The notes under the pieces are model-generated. The model ran no database searches and had not been told where the DNA came from. It saw only the letters and a program-made list of their open reading frames with translations. Shown here one piece after another: positions 8,883-18,190 of a stretch of DNA of 53,010 nucleotides; position 1 is the first letter of the stretch; each line of letters opens with the position of its first letter. Where the stretch lies: assembly GCA_030059675.1 (NCBI GenBank), contig JANVYQ010000010.1, positions 1-53,010 on the forward strand, written 5' to 3'. Position numbers and translations under genes: made by a program. Origin of the DNA: Candidatus Pelearchaeum maunauluense. GTDB lineage: Archaea > Thermoproteota > Nitrososphaeria_A > Caldarchaeales > Caldarchaeaceae.

Positions 8883-10013
8883 ATGTCAATAAACGAAAAC
8901 TTCCCGTTCATAAGGTTCGGTTCAGGCCTAGCGCTGGTTGGGCTATCAATAGCAGCTATGATGTGGATGTCCCAAGTACTGGCGACAAACGAGTTCAACG
9001 CAAGCTACACTGACCTAGGGATAATGGGTGCTTTGAGGTCCATACTCTACATAGTCCTCCCATTCCTAATAGGCTACATACTGCACAGGGTAAACAAGAA
9101 GTATGCGCTCACGCTCTCAGCCGTCTTCATGTCGCTCTCGAGCCTAACCCTCGCGTTTTCTAAAGACCTTCTAGGCGTTTTCCTCTCTCAGGTAGTCTTC
9201 GGCGCCGCTCTGGTTTTCTACTGGCCCGTCGCCGAGGCGCTTTTAGCTGATGTCTTCAAACCAGAAGAAAGACTGCGCGCGTTCGGGAAGTATAGCGCTG
9301 CATGCTCTCTGGGGTTCATGCTGGGCGCGATATTCGGCGGCGTGGTAGGCCAGCTAATAGGGCTTAGGAGCATGTTCATGCTCTCGGCAATAATATCCGC
9401 CGCAGCTATACCGCCGCTGCTAGGCCTCAAAGTAAGCGGATACAGCAACACAAAACCCAAGGCTATAAGCATAAGCTTCTTCACGGCTCTCATACCCGCG
9501 TATGTTCTAACCCTGCCATTCACGGCAACTCTCGCCTCGGTCTTGGCGTTAGTCCCAGGCTACGCTGCCAACATAGGGTTTGTGGAGCTGGAGATAGGGC
9601 TTATGTCAGTCCCCATGTGGTTCTTCAGGGTTGTCGCGTCCATCTACCTAGCCATGAGGCCGCCCAAAAACATGTTTCACGTACTCCTCTTGGTGGGGTT
9701 TATGATGGGAGGCCCCCTAATCCTGAACGCCTTCATACCAGGCTACCCAACGATGATACTCCTCCTAATACTCGTGGGAACTTCAGCAAGCATATTCTAC
9801 GCTGTAATCTTCTACATAGTCTCTGCCGTAGCTTCGGAGAGGCCCGAGGTGGCAATAGGCGGCTTTGAGTCCATGATTGGGATAGGGTTTTTCGTAGGCC
9901 CGCCCATATCGGGGGCTTTGGCCGACATGTTGGGGATAAGCAACCTCTTCCTCCTCCTAGCTGCGGCCAGCCTGGCAGCGGGTATGGCGAGCAGCGTATT
10001 TAGACAACGTTAA
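8883..10013 (+). CDS. MFS transporter
   Basis: Multi-pass hydrophobic pattern, GFFVGPPISGALAD. Confidence 0.88.
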   Translation: MSINENFPFIRFGSGLALVGLSIAAMMWMSQVLATNEFNASYTDLGIMGALRSILYIVLPFLIGYILHRVNKKYALTLSAVFMSLSSLTLAFSKDLLGVFLSQVVFGAALVFYWPVAEALLADVFKPEERLRAFGKYSAACSLGFMLGAIFGGVVGQLIGLRSMFMLSAIISAAAIPPLLGLKVSGYSNTKPKAISISFFTALIPAYVLTLPFTATLASVLALVPGYAANIGFVELEIGLMSVPMWFFRVVASIYLAMRPPKNMFHVLLLVGFMMGGPLILNAFIPGYPTMILLLILVGTSASIFYAVIFYIVSAVASERPEVAIGGFESMIGIGFFVGPPISGALADMLGISNLFLLLAAASLAAGMASSVFRQR

Positions 10014-11050
10014 ACAGACTCTATCGTAATAAGCCTGGAGGGTATCCTAACAAACCTATTGACCGTAACCTCAGCTATTATCTTACAGTTCCGCGTAACG
10101 CTCACAGCATTCCATATGATTGACCTAACTATCGCCGCAACCCGCGGGTTGGAAGCCTTGCCGATAATGTCCTCCGCATAGGTGAAGTGCTCGCCAAAAG
10201 CCTTCCTGGTGGTGTCTATCACCTCGTTAGCAAGCCACGAGTCGAGACTAAAGAAAGACTTCATCGTCTTGCCGAATAGCACTTGTACGGTCTCGTGTAA
10301 TCTTCCCAGCTCTTCCTTAACCTCCTTGGAGAGCTTGTAGCCTCGTAGCACATTGGCCTCCATGGCGGACATGTGTATTGAGTCTGCTATCTCCTCAAGA
10401 GCCCTAACCACCAGCCTATCGCCGATGGCGTGGAGATAAGCTTCTGGAGCCGCCTCACCTAGAAGACCTGACTTAACCTTGGCGAATATCTGACGTATGC
10501 AGAGGAAGTATAGCCCATCTATCTTATTCTCAATCGTGCTAATCTCATTAATCAGCTCATACCTCTCCTTGGTGAGCGTCTCGTTAAGATGGTTCATCAT
10601 AGTGGTAATCATCACTTGAATCCGCTTCAGCAGCGTCTCCACTGGGAACTTCTGGGGGTCTACGAATGACTGCATTATGACGCGGCGGTAAGTCTGCTCC
10701 ACAATCTCCATACCTGGCAGAAGGTCTATCGTGGCCATAATCGCAGACTGCACGTCTGCTGGTATCCCATCTCCTCCTATGATTTTAATGCCCTCAAAAC
10801 CCTGCAGGTAGGCTGCGATAATGAGCCTGCTTAGGAGCTCCTTATCCCTGAACTTCTCTAGGTCTAGAGTGCAGTAATACTGCTGGCTGGTAGGCTTCAT
10901 CTCTGGGCTTAAGTGCAGCCCCCCGTCGGGGGTCTCCGTCAATGTGACGACATCACCAGGCTTTAAGCCAAGTCTACGCACCCACTCATGGGGTAGGGAG
11001 ACGGTTAGCGTGCCTGAGCCGACTTTTTGCAGACGACGGCTATGAGGCAT
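10010..11050 (-). CDS. AbrB-domain/PhoU-family phosphate uptake regulator
   Basis: RRLQKVGSGTLTVSLPHEWV AbrB N-terminus followed by PhoU-like helical repeats (IIAAYLQG, ENKIDGLY, LEEIAD). Confidence 0.9.
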   Translation of the reverse strand: MPHSRRLQKVGSGTLTVSLPHEWVRRLGLKPGDVVTLTETPDGGLHLSPEMKPTSQQYYCTLDLEKFRDKELLSRLIIAAYLQGFEGIKIIGGDGIPADVQSAIMATIDLLPGMEIVEQTYRRVIMQSFVDPQKFPVETLLKRIQVMITTMMNHLNETLTKERYELINEISTIENKIDGLYFLCIRQIFAKVKSGLLGEAAPEAYLHAIGDRLVVRALEEIADSIHMSAMEANVLRGYKLSKEVKEELGRLHETVQVLFGKTMKSFFSLDSWLANEVIDTTRKAFGEHFTYAEDIIGKASNPRVAAIVRSIIWNAVSVTRNCKIIAEVTVNRFVRIPSRLITIESV

Positions 11051-11124
11051 ACTGATATTTACTAGTAAATACTATATATGCATAACCCTCATAAATCATA
11101 ACACGGTCATAAACACTACCAAAC

Positions 11125-11331
11125 ATGACGCAGGAGACAGTAGTAGTTCAGAAGTCGTCGCGTCGGAGCTATGCGAACGGCTACAAATACTGCTCCCGCT
11201 GCCGCGCGTATCACCTAACCGACGGGGTTAGGTGCCCATACTGCGGCATACTGCTCCGGAACTCGCCGCGGAAGAAGAAGCCCAGCAGCGCCAGCAGGTA
11301 CGTAAACGTGGATGAGAAGATACTCTCATAA
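11125..11331 (+). CDS. Small basic zinc-ribbon protein (68 aa)
   Basis: CSRC...CPYCG followed by LRNSPRKKK; divergent from the PhoU regulator. Confidence 0.8.
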   Translation: MTQETVVVQKSSRRSYANGYKYCSRCRAYHLTDGVRCPYCGILLRNSPRKKKPSSASRYVNVDEKILS

Positions 11332-11418
11332 ACCAAGGTTAGGGTTATTTAACCCGTCCTCCTAACGGGGGCGGGGATGGCATTAAGCAAATAACCCACG
11401 CGGCGTAGTTCTTGCACT

Positions 11419-12579
11419 ATGGGGCGGGGGGAGCTCCTGGGATACGTCGCGGACGTCGCAGCAACGCTGGTGCGTATAAACACCGAGAACCCTCCTGGAC
11501 GGGAGCTGCAGGCGGCCAGCTACCTCGCTGAGCGTGCCGCTGAGCTGGGGCTTAAAGCCGTTGTTGAGCGGCTCGACGCGGAGCGCGGGAGTGTAGTGGC
11601 AACTCTAGAGACTGGCGGAGAGGGGCCTACGCTGATGCTAAACTCCCACTTGGATACTGTTCCAGCGGGAGATTTGGAGGCATGGGACATAAACCCGTTC
11701 TACGGCGAGATACGGGACGGCGTGCTCCATGGCCTAGGAGCGGCCGACGCGAAGGGATGCGTAGCCTCAATGCTGGGAGCAGTTAAGCTACTGCTGGACG
11801 AGGGCAGGCGGTTAAGCGGCAGGCTAATACTAGCCGCGGTTGCCGATGAGGAGGTAAACGGCCTGGGGACGGTGCAGCTCCTAAAGAAGGGCTATAGGGC
11901 TGACTATGTAGTGGTGGGCGAGCCTACGGGGCTTAACGTCTGCCTTGGGAATAGGGGCCGCGGCGAGTTCGTGGTAACGGTTAGGGGCAGGTCTGCGCAC
12001 GCCAGCTCACCAGCCTTCGGCGTCAACGCTATAGGTGTTGCGGCCGAGCTTGTTAGGCGTTTCAAGCGGCTCGAGAAAGGCTATGGCAAGCGCCACCCAG
12101 AGCTGGGTAGGTGCAGCGCCTCGGTTACGATGATAAGCGGGGGCGTTAAGCCGAACGTGATACCTGATAGCTGCTCAATAACCCTAGACTGGCGGACAAC
12201 GCCCTACGAGGATATAGAGGCGGTTAGGAGGAGGATAGCCGCGATTTCGTCCTCGGTGGTGGGAAAGTATCGCGGCGCCTCGTTCAGTGTAAAGACGGTG
12301 AGCTACGCTCCCCCAGTCGCTACCTCTAAGCGCTCTAGGGTTGTTAAGGCTGCGCTGAATGCTTTGAGGAGGGTGGGTAGGAGGCCGAGGCTCACCGCAT
12401 TCACAGCCACGACGGACCTCAGTAGGATAGCCAAGCACAGCGAGGCGGAAGGCGTAATACTCGGCCCTGGAAGCCTCGCGGTAATACACAGCCCCCGCGA
12501 GCATGTACGGCTTGATGAGCTGGCCGAAGCGGCGCAGGTCTACGCCAACATAGTTGAAGAGCTGCTCTCAAAGACTTAA
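11419..12579 (+). CDS. M20 family metallopeptidase (ArgE/DapE-like)
   Basis: NSHLDTVP, GAADAKG, ADEE, GEPT, GRSAHAS, HSPREHV. Confidence 0.93.
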   Translation: MGRGELLGYVADVAATLVRINTENPPGRELQAASYLAERAAELGLKAVVERLDAERGSVVATLETGGEGPTLMLNSHLDTVPAGDLEAWDINPFYGEIRDGVLHGLGAADAKGCVASMLGAVKLLLDEGRRLSGRLILAAVADEEVNGLGTVQLLKKGYRADYVVVGEPTGLNVCLGNRGRGEFVVTVRGRSAHASSPAFGVNAIGVAAELVRRFKRLEKGYGKRHPELGRCSASVTMISGGVKPNVIPDSCSITLDWRTTPYEDIEAVRRRIAAISSSVVGKYRGASFSVKTVSYAPPVATSKRSRVVKAALNALRRVGRRPRLTAFTATTDLSRIAKHSEAEGVILGPGSLAVIHSPREHVRLDELAEAAQVYANIVEELLSKT

Positions 12580-12604
12580 GAGCGGAACGCTCACAGGTAG
12601 GGGT

Positions 12605-13792
12605 GTGGAGCTTAGCGCTGATTTTCTGACACGGCTCAGAGAGGCTTCACAAAAGGTAAGGGAAGCAGAAAGGGCGTGTGTTGTCTTCCATAATGATGCC
12701 GACGGCCTATGCGCGGCCTCGCTAATGCTAGCAACACTGGAGAAGATGGGAATGGAGGCCAGGCAGGTATGCATAGAGAAGATACACCTAGCTGTGGTTG
12801 AGAAGATTCACCGACTCCCAGAACAGCTCTTCATCTACCTAGACATAGGCTCTGGGAGGGCAGACCTGATAGCGGAGCAGAAGAGTAGCGGGCAGTATGT
12901 CATCATAGTAGACCACCACGACCCAAGAGAGGTTGTTGATTCTGGCGTGTTGAACGTTAATGCGGAGTTGTATGGGTATTCTGGGGAGAGCGATGTTAGC
13001 GGCTCAACAACCACCTACCTGCTTGCTAGAGAGCTTGGGCTGGAGAAGCATGAAGCTTGGAAGGCTGTTGTAGGCTCTGCCGAGATACCTGGAAAGCTAG
13101 TCTCGCTCAATAGGGTGGCGCTGGACGATGCTGTGGCTGCTGGAGAGGTTGAGATAATCGCGGGAGACGAGGAGAAGTATAGAATAAAGGCGTTTAAACA
13201 GCTTTGGAACAGGCTCTCCACAACCTTCACGCTGGTGGGGAGCGTAGGCTACTACCGCGAAGGCCCCGCAAAGGTTCTCGGCTTCTGTAAAAGCAGGAGG
13301 ATAGATAGGCGGATTGTTGAGGAGTTGGAAAACATGCGTAGAGAAGCATTTAGAAGCGCTGACGCGTTACTAGCCCAGCGGAGGCTCGACAGACATGGGA
13401 GGGTGCAGTGGTTTCATGTGGGAGACCTATTCAGGGGCATGGGTAGCAAGGTCATAGGAACATACACCTCGGTGCTGAGCTACCGCGCATTCATAGACCA
13501 GAGACGCTATCTCGTTGGGTTTATGAACTATGAGGCTCACATACCTGGCTTGGGCGAGGTGGGCGGTAGCTGGGTTAAGGCTTCCCTGAGGGCGCCGCGC
13601 CAGCTTGCGGAGCTTATACGCTCAGGCCAGATGCCACCAACCTCGCGCATAGCTGAGGAGGCTGCATCTAAAGTAGGCGGAACAGCAGACGGCCACGCTG
13701 TAGCGGCCTCGGCGATAATACCACGCGGAGAGGAGGAGGTGTTCATAGAGTATCTGGATAAGCTGGCTAACGTAGGTATTGGTGAAGCCTAA
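12605..13792 (+). CDS. DHH-family phosphoesterase (archaeal RecJ-like)
   Basis: HNDADG, LDIGSG, VDHH, DGHAVAA (DHHA1); start placed at GTG 12605 rather than 12554. Confidence 0.88.
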   Translation: MELSADFLTRLREASQKVREAERACVVFHNDADGLCAASLMLATLEKMGMEARQVCIEKIHLAVVEKIHRLPEQLFIYLDIGSGRADLIAEQKSSGQYVIIVDHHDPREVVDSGVLNVNAELYGYSGESDVSGSTTTYLLARELGLEKHEAWKAVVGSAEIPGKLVSLNRVALDDAVAAGEVEIIAGDEEKYRIKAFKQLWNRLSTTFTLVGSVGYYREGPAKVLGFCKSRRIDRRIVEELENMRREAFRSADALLAQRRLDRHGRVQWFHVGDLFRGMGSKVIGTYTSVLSYRAFIDQRRYLVGFMNYEAHIPGLGEVGGSWVKASLRAPRQLAELIRSGQMPPTSRIAEEAASKVGGTADGHAVAASAIIPRGEEEVFIEYLDKLANVGIGEA

Positions 13793-15128
13793 CCATCAAG
13801 AGCGCCATATGCTTAATCCCAGCGATGAAGTCCTGCTCCCTTATGTTCTCATTGGGGGCGTGGGCTAGTGAGCCTGGGTAGCCTACGCCAGTGGAGACGC
13901 ATGGTATCCCAAGCCTCTCTGTAATCACGTACATAGGCCCAGAGCCAGCGCCAGATGGGTAGAGTACTGGCTCAACGCCATACGCTACCCGTGCAGTCTC
14001 GGCGACAGCCTCAACGAAGGGGGAGTCTGGCGCTGTCCTGGCCGCTGGATAGCCCTGTACCATGTTGAGGGATATGTCTGTGAAGCCATGCTTCCTGATG
14101 TGGGCTTCAAGCTTTCGGAGTATGTCTCGCGGCTCCTGGCGCGGCACGAGCCTGAAGTCAAGCTTGGTAGATGCGCGTGAGGGGAGGACTGTCTTGCTAC
14201 CAGCTCCAGTATAGCCTGCTACGATGCCGCAGATGTTGACGGCCGGCTCCAGCAATAGCGCTCTTAGAGCTTCCTTCCCACCTCTTCCACCCACCGTAAT
14301 CTCTGCGCCGAAGAGCTCCTTTACATCAACCTCCGCTGGGTCTATATCCTCTAGGAGGGATAGCTGCTCCGCGCTGGGCTTCTCCACGTCGTCGTAGAAG
14401 CCGTCTATGAGTATAGCTCCGTCGTCTCCGCGTATCGTGTTGAGGAGCTTCACCAGACGCCACGCTGGGTTCTCAACGACGCAGCCCCACGATGAGTGGA
14501 GGTCGGTCGCGGCGCCGCGCGCCTCAAGCTCAACATAGAGAATCCCCTTAACGCCGAGGTAGATGACTGGCCGCTCAGCCCTGTTGCGGTAGCCATATTC
14601 CCACACACAGCCATCGGCGAAGAGCAAATCACTATGAAGCTTGCAGAACTTCTCCAGGGTCGGACTCCCTATCTCCTCCTCCCCCTCAATTAGAAACTTA
14701 ACATTAACGGGTGTCTCTCCGAGTGTATCAAGCAGTGAATCCACTGCGGCTATCCTCGCTGCTATATTCCCCTTATTATCCGCCGCCCCCCTTCCGTATA
14801 GCTTTCCATCACGCGCGGTGAGTGTGAATGGTGGTGATAGCCATTTATCCAGAGGCTCTGGAGGTTGTACATCGTAGTGGTTGTAGAACATGAGCGTTGC
14901 ATGGGCTTCTGCCTGAATCTCCCCAAAGACTACTGGGTTCCCGCCATGGTCTCGGTAGATGTCCGCGCGTATGCCCACCTCCTCAAGGAGCTCAGCCACC
15001 TGCGAAGCGCATTCCTCTATCCCCTCACCTGTAGCTGAGACGCTGGGCTGCTCCACCAAGCGTTTCAGAAAGCCTAGGTAGTGTTCGCGCTTAGACTCTA
15101 TGTGCTTGAAAAGCTCCTCAACAGCCAT
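13767..15128 (-). CDS. M20/M25/M40 dipeptidase-like metallohydrolase
   Basis: YNHYDVQP, GRGAADNKG, EGEEEIGS, DLHS, AHAPNEN. Confidence 0.93.
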   Translation of the reverse strand: MAVEELFKHIESKREHYLGFLKRLVEQPSVSATGEGIEECASQVAELLEEVGIRADIYRDHGGNPVVFGEIQAEAHATLMFYNHYDVQPPEPLDKWLSPPFTLTARDGKLYGRGAADNKGNIAARIAAVDSLLDTLGETPVNVKFLIEGEEEIGSPTLEKFCKLHSDLLFADGCVWEYGYRNRAERPVIYLGVKGILYVELEARGAATDLHSSWGCVVENPAWRLVKLLNTIRGDDGAILIDGFYDDVEKPSAEQLSLLEDIDPAEVDVKELFGAEITVGGRGGKEALRALLLEPAVNICGIVAGYTGAGSKTVLPSRASTKLDFRLVPRQEPRDILRKLEAHIRKHGFTDISLNMVQGYPAARTAPDSPFVEAVAETARVAYGVEPVLYPSGAGSGPMYVITERLGIPCVSTGVGYPGSLAHAPNENIREQDFIAGIKHMALLMVRLHQYLR

Positions 15129-15178
15129 TATAGGCTAACGCTCCCCAGCGGCGTATTTAACGCTACGCAGCCACACAT

Positions 15179-15313
15179 TCAATACTTAGACCTATCTCCC
15201 TCCAACAGCCCGCGCCCAATATGGATATTGTCAATATGCTTATTCAACTCCTTCTCGGTTTTAAACCCAGTATCGCAGTAAGGGCATTTGAATACCTTCT
15301 CTTCCGAGGACAT
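15179..15313 (-). CDS. C2H2 zinc-finger microprotein (44 aa), below the ORF-track cutoff
   Basis: MSSEEKVFKCPYCDTGFKTEKELNKHIDNIHIGRGLLEGDRSKY*; F-x-C-x2-C-x3-F-x5-L-x2-H-x4-H. Confidence 0.82.
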   Translation of the reverse strand: MSSEEKVFKCPYCDTGFKTEKELNKHIDNIHIGRGLLEGDRSKY

Positions 15314-15364
15314 GGCTAATCACCAGTTAAGGAAAATATATGTGGGGAGATTTAAGTAGAGCGG

Positions 15365-16288
15365 CTACCACTTAACTTGGGATATGGCTTCGCGGATTAC
15401 GGAGACGCTCTTCATGAAGAGCTCCTTCTCGACATCGTTTAGCTGTAGTTCTATTATCTTCTCCACTCCTCCAGCCCCCAACATGCAGGGGACGACGGTG
15501 TAGATGTCCTTAACGCCATAGTGGCCGTCTAGGTAGGCTGAGGTGGGTATGACCTCCTTCGTGTCCCGTACTAATGCTTCAACCATCTGGGCTATCCCTG
15601 CTCCAGGGGCATGGTGGGCTGACCATCCCTTCAGCTTAATCACCTCAGCACCCGCCTTCCTAGTCCTCTCCACACGCTCGTTTATCACGGACTCGTCCAT
15701 GAAGCTGGAGAGCGGGCTTGCTCCTATGAAGGTTAGGCGTGGGAGGAGAACCATGCTGTCGCCATGCTCACCAATAACCATGCTCCTGATTGACTTATAG
15801 GATACGCCGAGCTTCTCGCGTATGAGGTATCTAAACCTACCCATGTCAAGGAGGCCGCTGAACCCCATGACTCTACGACTCTCAAAACCAGTGGCCCGCC
15901 ACATCACGTAGGTCATGACATCAAGCGGGTTAGTAACCACCAGCACCTTAGCCTTGGGCGCGTGCTCCTTAATTTCCTTCGCGACGCTCCTAATTATCTC
16001 GCTATTCTTATGCAGCAGGTCAAGCCGCGTCATATCCGCCTTCCTCACAATACCAGCAGTTACCACTACAACGTCTGAGCCTTCAATATCCTTGTAATCG
16101 TTGGTTCCCCTGACATCAACGTCCAAGTCTAGGATTGCGCAGGCGTGGTTTAGGTCTAGGGCCTCCCCCTGCGGAAGCCCCTCTATAATATCCAGCAGGG
16201 TTATATCGCCAAGCTCGCGCATAGCTATCTGGAGAGCTGCCGAAGTTCCAACGCGGCCAGCACCAACAACAGTTATCATACTCTTCAT
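15365..16288 (-). CDS. mdh: Malate dehydrogenase (LDH-like)
   Basis: GAGRVG, TAGIVRKADMTRLDL, TNPLD, GEHGD. Confidence 0.92.
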   Translation of the reverse strand: MKSMITVVGAGRVGTSAALQIAMRELGDITLLDIIEGLPQGEALDLNHACAILDLDVDVRGTNDYKDIEGSDVVVVTAGIVRKADMTRLDLLHKNSEIIRSVAKEIKEHAPKAKVLVVTNPLDVMTYVMWRATGFESRRVMGFSGLLDMGRFRYLIREKLGVSYKSIRSMVIGEHGDSMVLLPRLTFIGASPLSSFMDESVINERVERTRKAGAEVIKLKGWSAHHAPGAGIAQMVEALVRDTKEVIPTSAYLDGHYGVKDIYTVVPCMLGAGGVEKIIELQLNDVEKELFMKSVSVIREAISQVKW

Positions 16289-16332
16289 ATCAGGAGCAGC
16301 TCATACTATCTATCTAAAAAAGAATGCGTGTG

Positions 16333-17232
16333 CTAGAGTCTACCTAAGTGCTTGAGCATTCCGAGAACGGATACATGCACCGAACCTACCACGTATGGTG
16401 GGGCTTTCTGCGCTCCAACCTCCCTGGCCAGCTCCCCGACCAGTGTCTCAACTATCTCTCCATGCCCCTTGCCTTCACGCGAGAGTCTATCCACCTTCTC
16501 CACCCACTCTCGGATACGCTCCGCGTTCCTCTCAAGATAATCTCCGCCACCCTCGCGGGGGCCGAAGTGGGGTGTGAGCAACAGCTCGGCGTCAAGCTCG
16601 GCTATTCTATGAATAGTCCTAACAGCCTCGTCTGGGTCAAAGCTTGGGGGAGGCGTGGTCGGGAGTATGGCTGGGAAGTCGGGATAGTTTATCGCGACAG
16701 CGTCCGCGGTTATCAGTATCTTTCTCCTCTCATCATATACAGAGAGCTGATGCGGTGCGTGGCCTGGTGTATAGATTATTCTAAGCTCAGAATCGCCTAC
16801 ACGAACAATCGCTCCATCATCCACAACCTCAACCCTACTCTCCTCAACGGGGAGAGTATCGCCGAACATGCCAGCTATACGCTCACCAAATATAGACCTG
16901 GCGCTCTCAAGAACTCGTGAAGGGTCTATCACGTGCTTCGCAGCCCTCTTATGAGCGAGTATGCGCGAGTTGGGGAACGCCTTAGCCAGCAAGCCGGTGC
17001 AGCCATAGTGGTCTAGATGAACATGTGTGGGTATTATGAAGTCCAGCGAGGATATGCCAAGCTCGCGGAGCGTGCTCATAATCCTATCATAACCGCGTGC
17101 ATATCCAGCATCCACCAACGCTACCTTATCTGAGTGTATCAGGTAGCATGCTATCGTCCTGTCAAAGCCCAGACCACCAGTATCTATAACATACACACCG
17201 TCAGCGACCTTGCTATACATCAACCCATGCAT
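16333..17232 (-). CDS. MBL-fold metallo-hydrolase
   Basis: THVHLDH, TPGHAPHQ, TADA, PHFG. Confidence 0.92.
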   Translation of the reverse strand: MHGLMYSKVADGVYVIDTGGLGFDRTIACYLIHSDKVALVDAGYARGYDRIMSTLRELGISSLDFIIPTHVHLDHYGCTGLLAKAFPNSRILAHKRAAKHVIDPSRVLESARSIFGERIAGMFGDTLPVEESRVEVVDDGAIVRVGDSELRIIYTPGHAPHQLSVYDERRKILITADAVAINYPDFPAILPTTPPPSFDPDEAVRTIHRIAELDAELLLTPHFGPREGGGDYLERNAERIREWVEKVDRLSREGKGHGEIVETLVGELAREVGAQKAPPYVVGSVHVSVLGMLKHLGRL

Positions 17233-17259
17233 GGACTTAGCGACTACTTAATGTTTAGG

Positions 17260-18063
17260 CTACGTGAGGTCTATTATCTCTATACCCCCAGACTCAACCA
17301 ACGTAGCCTTGGGCGGTATTCCATAATAGCGGCATGAGAAGACCGTGAGAAGCTTATTGTCAAAGATGTAGCGATAACCCTCTGGCTGCGGCTCATGCGC
17401 CCTAACAAGTAGCTTCATGCCGCTACGCTCCATGAACCGCTCAAACACACCCCTACCAAACACCCTTATCCCAGGCCCCCTAGGACTAGGCCCAAAACCA
17501 TCCTCGTACTCGTCGGGGTCGTTCCATAGTATCTGCATCGCCACAGGGTCTGAAGGCTCGTCCTCACCTTTTCTAAGATTCTCAAACGCGCTGATGTCGT
17601 CTGCAAACTCTGGAACACCACCATGCAGGCAGAGTATATCGCGGTTGAGGATTAGCGCGTATGGCATTTCGCGGAAGCAGGCCATAAAAAGCTCATACCA
17701 TCCTCCCCCCAGCTCGCGGCCCACCACATCGTAAAACCCATAGCTCATATTCATAGAGAGCGTCTCATGGTTGCCGCGCAATAGAAAAACCCAGCTGGGC
17801 CGTTTTAGCTTCTCCTCCAACAGACAGGCTATATTCTCTAACTGCTGCGGCCCTCGGTCAACGTAATCGCCCAAGAAGACGAGCTTAGCATCCCTCTCCT
17901 CCGCCACGCGGAGGGCGTTGAGGGTTGAAGTATAATCCCCATGCGTATCGCCCACAATCAAAACCCGCGGGGAATCTAGGCGGAGCAGCGGCGGCTCACG
18001 CTCCAACAAGGCCGCCGCCTCACCCAATAACTGCTTCAAGGCAGCCCTATTCTGCCACAACAT
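17260..18063 (-). CDS. PPP-family serine/threonine protein phosphatase
   Basis: GDTHG, GDYVDRG, RGNHE, HGG, LWNDP, RAHE, TVFS. Confidence 0.94.
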   Translation of the reverse strand: MLWQNRAALKQLLGEAAALLEREPPLLRLDSPRVLIVGDTHGDYTSTLNALRVAEERDAKLVFLGDYVDRGPQQLENIACLLEEKLKRPSWVFLLRGNHETLSMNMSYGFYDVVGRELGGGWYELFMACFREMPYALILNRDILCLHGGVPEFADDISAFENLRKGEDEPSDPVAMQILWNDPDEYEDGFGPSPRGPGIRVFGRGVFERFMERSGMKLLVRAHEPQPEGYRYIFDNKLLTVFSCRYYGIPPKATLVESGGIEIIDLT

Positions 18064-18092
18064 GGTTGAACAGGGGTTTTGGGAGGTTTTAT

Positions 18093-18154
18093 AGCTCAGC
18101 GGTATTCACCGCTCATCACTCCGCCCCTTTCAGCAAGGCGGTTACATCATCGCC
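18093..18154 (-). ncRNA. C/D-box-like sRNA 1
   Basis: GGC-G-ATGATGT (C)...CTGA (D')...GTGATGA (C')...CTGA (D)-GCT; TATATATA about 22 nt upstream; intergenic. Confidence 0.65.
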
Positions 18155-18190
18155 GACAATATCTGCGCTTAGACACTATATATAGAGTTG

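Noticed and set aside
18100-18112. GCGGTGAATAC similarity to a conserved 16S rRNA segment
   Set aside because: It is the same sense as the rRNA on the box-bearing strand, so it cannot guide that site; the short match may be chance
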